A stretch of 61,437 nt of DNA, counting the filler. It is 4 parts of 4 records of this genome, joined end to end, with 100 filler letters (N's around TTAATTAATTAA, not from the genome) between each part and the next. Parts side by side here need not be neighbours in the genome. Positions count along the whole stretch, not along the records: positions 55,586 to 61,437 come from SRR20825010_1424; 3 more parts are not named here. One strand, given 5' to 3'. Under the pieces are notes generated by a model. That model did not search any database, was not told where the DNA came from, and saw nothing but the letters and a program-made list of their open reading frames with translations. Below are positions 58,672-61,437 of this stretch, piece by piece; position 1 is the stretch's first letter; each line of letters starts with the position of its first letter. The position numbers and the translations under genes are program-made.

Positions 58672-58728
58672 TCCGAAAAGATCCTTAACCATAAAAAACC
58701 TCTTCAATTGAATTTGAAGAGGTTTTTT
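58672..58728 (+). repeat. Direct repeat copy 2, including a bidirectional terminator
   Basis: TCCGAAAAGATCCTTAACCATAAAAAACCTCTTCAATTGAATTTGAAGAGGTTTTTT. Confidence 0.88.
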
Positions 58729-58910
58729 GGTTTCCAAGTATATGCTATTTTTAAATCTTTTAATCCGAAACTGAACCAGTATAAGACAAAAGCTTCTTAA
58801 TGTTTGGTAAACACTCGCACTAAAGTAACTTCGGTCACCGGTCATCGATCTTCCCACCCGATAAGCAAAGAAGTTTAGGTGCCTTTTAGAGTTGAGGATA
58901 GAAATATTAC

Positions 58911-59939
58911 CTAGAAATGTTTCCAGCCTTGAGCTTTAATCTGCACTGCGGTTCCACTTTTTGTAACCAAGAATTTACCTTCTTCAGCCTTCGTGATATG
59001 ACCGATAAAGTGGATATCCGGATGCTTTTCTAGTTTCTCAAAGTCTTTCTGATCAATCGTAAATAGCAACTCGTAATCTTCTCCACCATTCATCACACAG
59101 GTAATCGGATCTAGATTCAACTCTACAGCAGTATCGAAAGTCTGCTTATCAATTGGCAACTTATCTTCATAAATAGTCGCTCCAACTCCTGAAGCTTTGC
59201 AGATATGGAAAATCTCAGAAGCCAATCCGTCAGAAATATCCATCATACTTGTAGGAACTACTTCCATTTCCCGAAGTTCATGAATGATATCCACACGAGC
59301 ATCTGGCTTCAATTGACGAGCAGTTACCAAGGTATATTTCCCCAGATCTGGCTTCATGTCAGGATTGGCTAGGAAGACTTCCTTCTCACGCTCCAAGATT
59401 TGCAATCCAACCAAAGCTGCTCCTAGATCACCCGTCACACAAAGAATGTCATTTTCTTTAGCTCCAGATCTATAAGAGATTTGCTCAGGTTTTGCTTCGC
59501 CGATCGCAGTCACAGAGATCACCAAACCACTTCTGGAAGCCGTAGTATCACCGCCAATCAAATCCACACCATAATGCTCACATGCTGCATGAATTCCTTC
59601 ATAGAGCGCATCAATTGCCTCCACAGAGAACCTGTTGGAAAGCGCGATGCTTACCGTGATCTGCTTTGGAATAGCATTCATAGCTGCTACGTCAGATACA
59701 TTTACCGCCACAGCTTTGAAACCCAAATGAGGCAATGGTGCATAGGATAGGTCAAAATGAACGCCTTCCACCAATAGATCAGTGGTCACGACTTTGACCA
59801 TGTCTCCAGCTTCAATCACAGCAGCATCGTCACCAATGCCCTTCAAGGTGCTGGAGTTTTTAATAATTACTTTCTCATTTAGATGATCGATCAAGCCGAA
59901 CTCACCCAAATCGCTTATTTCTGTTCTCTTTTCTGACAT
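58911..59939 (-). CDS. thiL: Thiamine-monophosphate kinase
   Basis: GEFGLI, GIGDDAAV, NVSDVAAM, GGDT, DISDGL, GGEDYEL. Confidence 0.96.
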   Translation of the reverse strand: MSEKRTEISDLGEFGLIDHLNEKVIIKNSSTLKGIGDDAAVIEAGDMVKVVTTDLLVEGVHFDLSYAPLPHLGFKAVAVNVSDVAAMNAIPKQITVSIALSNRFSVEAIDALYEGIHAACEHYGVDLIGGDTTASRSGLVISVTAIGEAKPEQISYRSGAKENDILCVTGDLGAALVGLQILEREKEVFLANPDMKPDLGKYTLVTARQLKPDARVDIIHELREMEVVPTSMMDISDGLASEIFHICKASGVGATIYEDKLPIDKQTFDTAVELNLDPITCVMNGGEDYELLFTIDQKDFEKLEKHPDIHFIGHITKAEEGKFLVTKSGTAVQIKAQGWKHF

Positions 59940-59990
59940 ACTTTTTATAACCTCCCGCGAAGGCGCTAATTATATTTTTATACTAAATGT

Positions 59991-60175
59991 TATTTGTGAG
60001 TATTTGTGATTTACGAAGTACGAGATACGAGTCGCACAGTAGAGTTAGGGATTCTTTACAAACTTTACCACCCTTCTACTTTACCACACAATGTTCAGGA
60101 CCGAATTTTTCAATGTTCAAATCTTTCAATTTTTTAATCAAAAATATCGAATGATGAATTTTGAATAATAAAGTA
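59991..60175. repeat. Stack of different short-period (7-10 nt) degenerate tandem repeats
   Basis: TATTTGTGA x2; TACGAAG/TACGAGA/TACGAGT; ACTTTACC/ACCCTTCT/ACTTTACC; TTCAA-based units; CGAATGA/TGAATTT/TGAATAA. Confidence 0.65.
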
Positions 60176-60176
60176 T

Positions 60177-60575
60177 CTAAATCTCCTGACACAACTCAAT
60201 CAAAACACCATTCGTGCTTCGAGGATGTAAAAATACCACTAATTTATTATCTGCTCCCAGTTTTGGGATTTCATTCAGGATCTCGAAGCCTTCTCCTTTA
60301 AGCCTTTCTACTTCAGCCGTAATATCCTCCACGTCAAAAGCGATATGATGAACACCTTCTGATTTTCGCTCCAGGTATTTAGCAATAGGACTACTTTCAT
60401 CTGTTGCTTGGAGTAGCTCAACTTTCGTCTCTCCAACCTGGAAAAAGGAGGTTGCTACTTTCTCTCCATCTACTTTCTCCGTTTTGAAGTGTTCTTTTCC
60501 AAGTAGCTTCGCAAAAAGTGAATTAGACTTTTCTAGATCGCTTACAGCTATTCCAATATGCTCGATTTTCCTCAT
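60177..60575 (-). CDS. mce: Methylmalonyl-CoA epimerase
   Basis: IEHIGIAV, EGVHHIAF, FLHPRSTNGVLIELCQ (VOC fold). Confidence 0.93.
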   Translation of the reverse strand: MRKIEHIGIAVSDLEKSNSLFAKLLGKEHFKTEKVDGEKVATSFFQVGETKVELLQATDESSPIAKYLERKSEGVHHIAFDVEDITAEVERLKGEGFEILNEIPKLGADNKLVVFLHPRSTNGVLIELCQEI

Positions 60576-60665
60576 TTTTAAATTTGCTATATTTGCAGTG
60601 AATCATTTTGGGAGCAAGCCTGTTTTCCCAATACTTCAACTTAAGACAAAGTAATATATAAAAAT

Positions 60666-60992
60666 ATGATAATCGTTTCTGACAAAGCCAAAGAGCGTAT
60701 CCTAGAGCTCAAAAAAGAGGAAGGACGCGCAGAAAATGAAAATATACGTGTTTCGGTGAAGGGTGGCGGCTGCTCAGGTCTAATGTACGACTTAGGCTTC
60801 GATGGCGCTCAAGTAGATACTGACCATGTATTTGAAGATAAAGGAGTGAAAATCCTAGTGGACAGAAAAAGCTTGCTTTACCTAGCTGGAACTACCCTAG
60901 AATTCACCGACGGACTGAATGGAAAAGGTTTCCAATTCGTCAATCCAAATGCTAGCAGAACCTGCGGATGTGGTGAAAGCTTCTCCGTGTAA
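60666..60992 (+). CDS. iscA: HesB/IscA-family A-type Fe-S carrier
   Basis: GGGCSG, NPNA, CGCGESF. Confidence 0.93.
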   Translation: MIIVSDKAKERILELKKEEGRAENENIRVSVKGGGCSGLMYDLGFDGAQVDTDHVFEDKGVKILVDRKSLLYLAGTTLEFTDGLNGKGFQFVNPNASRTCGCGESFSV

Positions 60993-61014
60993 ACTAGAAT
61001 AGCACACAAATAAT

Positions 61015-61044
61015 AGAAGGCAACCCGATCAGGTTGCCTTTTTT
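61015..61044 (+). terminator. Intrinsic terminator after iscA
   Basis: AAGGCAACC-CGATCA-GGTTGCCTT-TTTT. Confidence 0.85.
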
Positions 61045-61099
61045 AGTGCATTTTTCGCCTCAATCCTTACCTTTGCCCACTAGAAAATTAACCCAGATT

Positions 61100-61437
61100 A
61101 TGGAAGAGCAAATCAAAAAAATCCAACTCAATGACTTGCACGTTGCCCTTGGCGGTAAAATGGTGCCTTTTGCAGGATATAACATGCCTGTACGTTACAG
61201 TTCTGATAATGAAGAGCACCTTTGCGTGAGAAATGGCGTGGGAGTTTTTGATGTGTCCCATATGGGCGAATTCATGGTGGAAGGCCCGGAAGCTCTCAAC
61301 CTCATCCAAAAAGTAACTTCAAATGACGCTTCCAAAATCGTCATTGGACAAGCACAGTATTCTTGTTTCCCAAACGAAACTGGTGGAATCGTAGATGATC
61401 TGATCGTTTACAAATTCGAAGACGAGAAATACATGCT
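61100..61437 (+). CDS. gcvT: Glycine cleavage system aminomethyltransferase T, 5' part (absent from the ORF track, runs off the window)
   Basis: Hand translation: MEEQIKK...[16 protein letters not shown]...[20 protein letters not shown]. Confidence 0.95.
   Translation, partial: MEEQIKKIQLNDLHVALGGKMVPFAGYNMPVRYSSDNEEHLCVRNGVGVFDVSHMGEFMVEGPEALNLIQKVTSNDASKIVIGQAQYSCFPNETGGIVDDLIVYKFEDEKYM

Noticed and set aside
59940-60176. TPP riboswitch or CRISPR array upstream of thiL
   Set aside because: No TPP core motif seen, and the repeats are 7-10 nt without unique spacers or cas genes.
61088-61309. 73-aa minus-strand ORF and the many other short antisense or nested ORFs in the track
   Set aside because: They are shadows of well-supported genes (here gcvT) and carry no motifs of their own.

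Overview
This window is not one locus. It holds four unrelated Bacteroidota contig fragments joined by three artificial 100-bp linkers (N44-TTAATTAATTAA-N44 at 22202-22301, 49849-49948, 55486-55585). Taxonomic guesses below are inference. Fragment 1 (1-22201, Flavobacteriaceae-like): uvrC; a His-rich, PPP-tailed ORF before a TonB-dependent receptor; a rimK/peptidase/rimK/M14 deacylase/5-FTHF cyclo-ligase cluster; CD225 and DUF2752; lspA, a DksA-like gene and ileS (type 2, GIHH motif); dsbD; and a soluble kinase plus sigma-54 activator. The activator lies upstream of a complete sigma-54 promoter, an unlisted 57-aa four-Cys ORF and a truncated glutamate dehydrogenase. Fragment 2 (22302-49848, Crocinitomicaceae/Cryomorphaceae-like): purK, an hpt-adk fusion, obgE, PAP2, crcB, ddl, a TPR-kinase/LytTR module, dacB, a GT4-wza-wzc-rfbC-wecA-like-SLT-uvrA run and several secreted unknowns. 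Fragment 3 (49949-55485): hisG-hisD with an unlisted His leader peptide and attenuator, an SSS symporter and an SPFH protein. Fragment 4 (55586-61437, Cyclobacteriaceae-like): rpsB end, tsf, an M1 aminopeptidase bracketed by a ~58-bp direct repeat, thiL, mce, iscA and gcvT. I saw no rRNA, tRNA, CRISPR array, integrase or transposase. Best candidates for undescribed biology: a possible metal-sensing ribosome-arrest leader for the TonB receptor, the sigma-54/four-Cys microprotein/GDH operon, and the twin-RimK glutamylation cluster.
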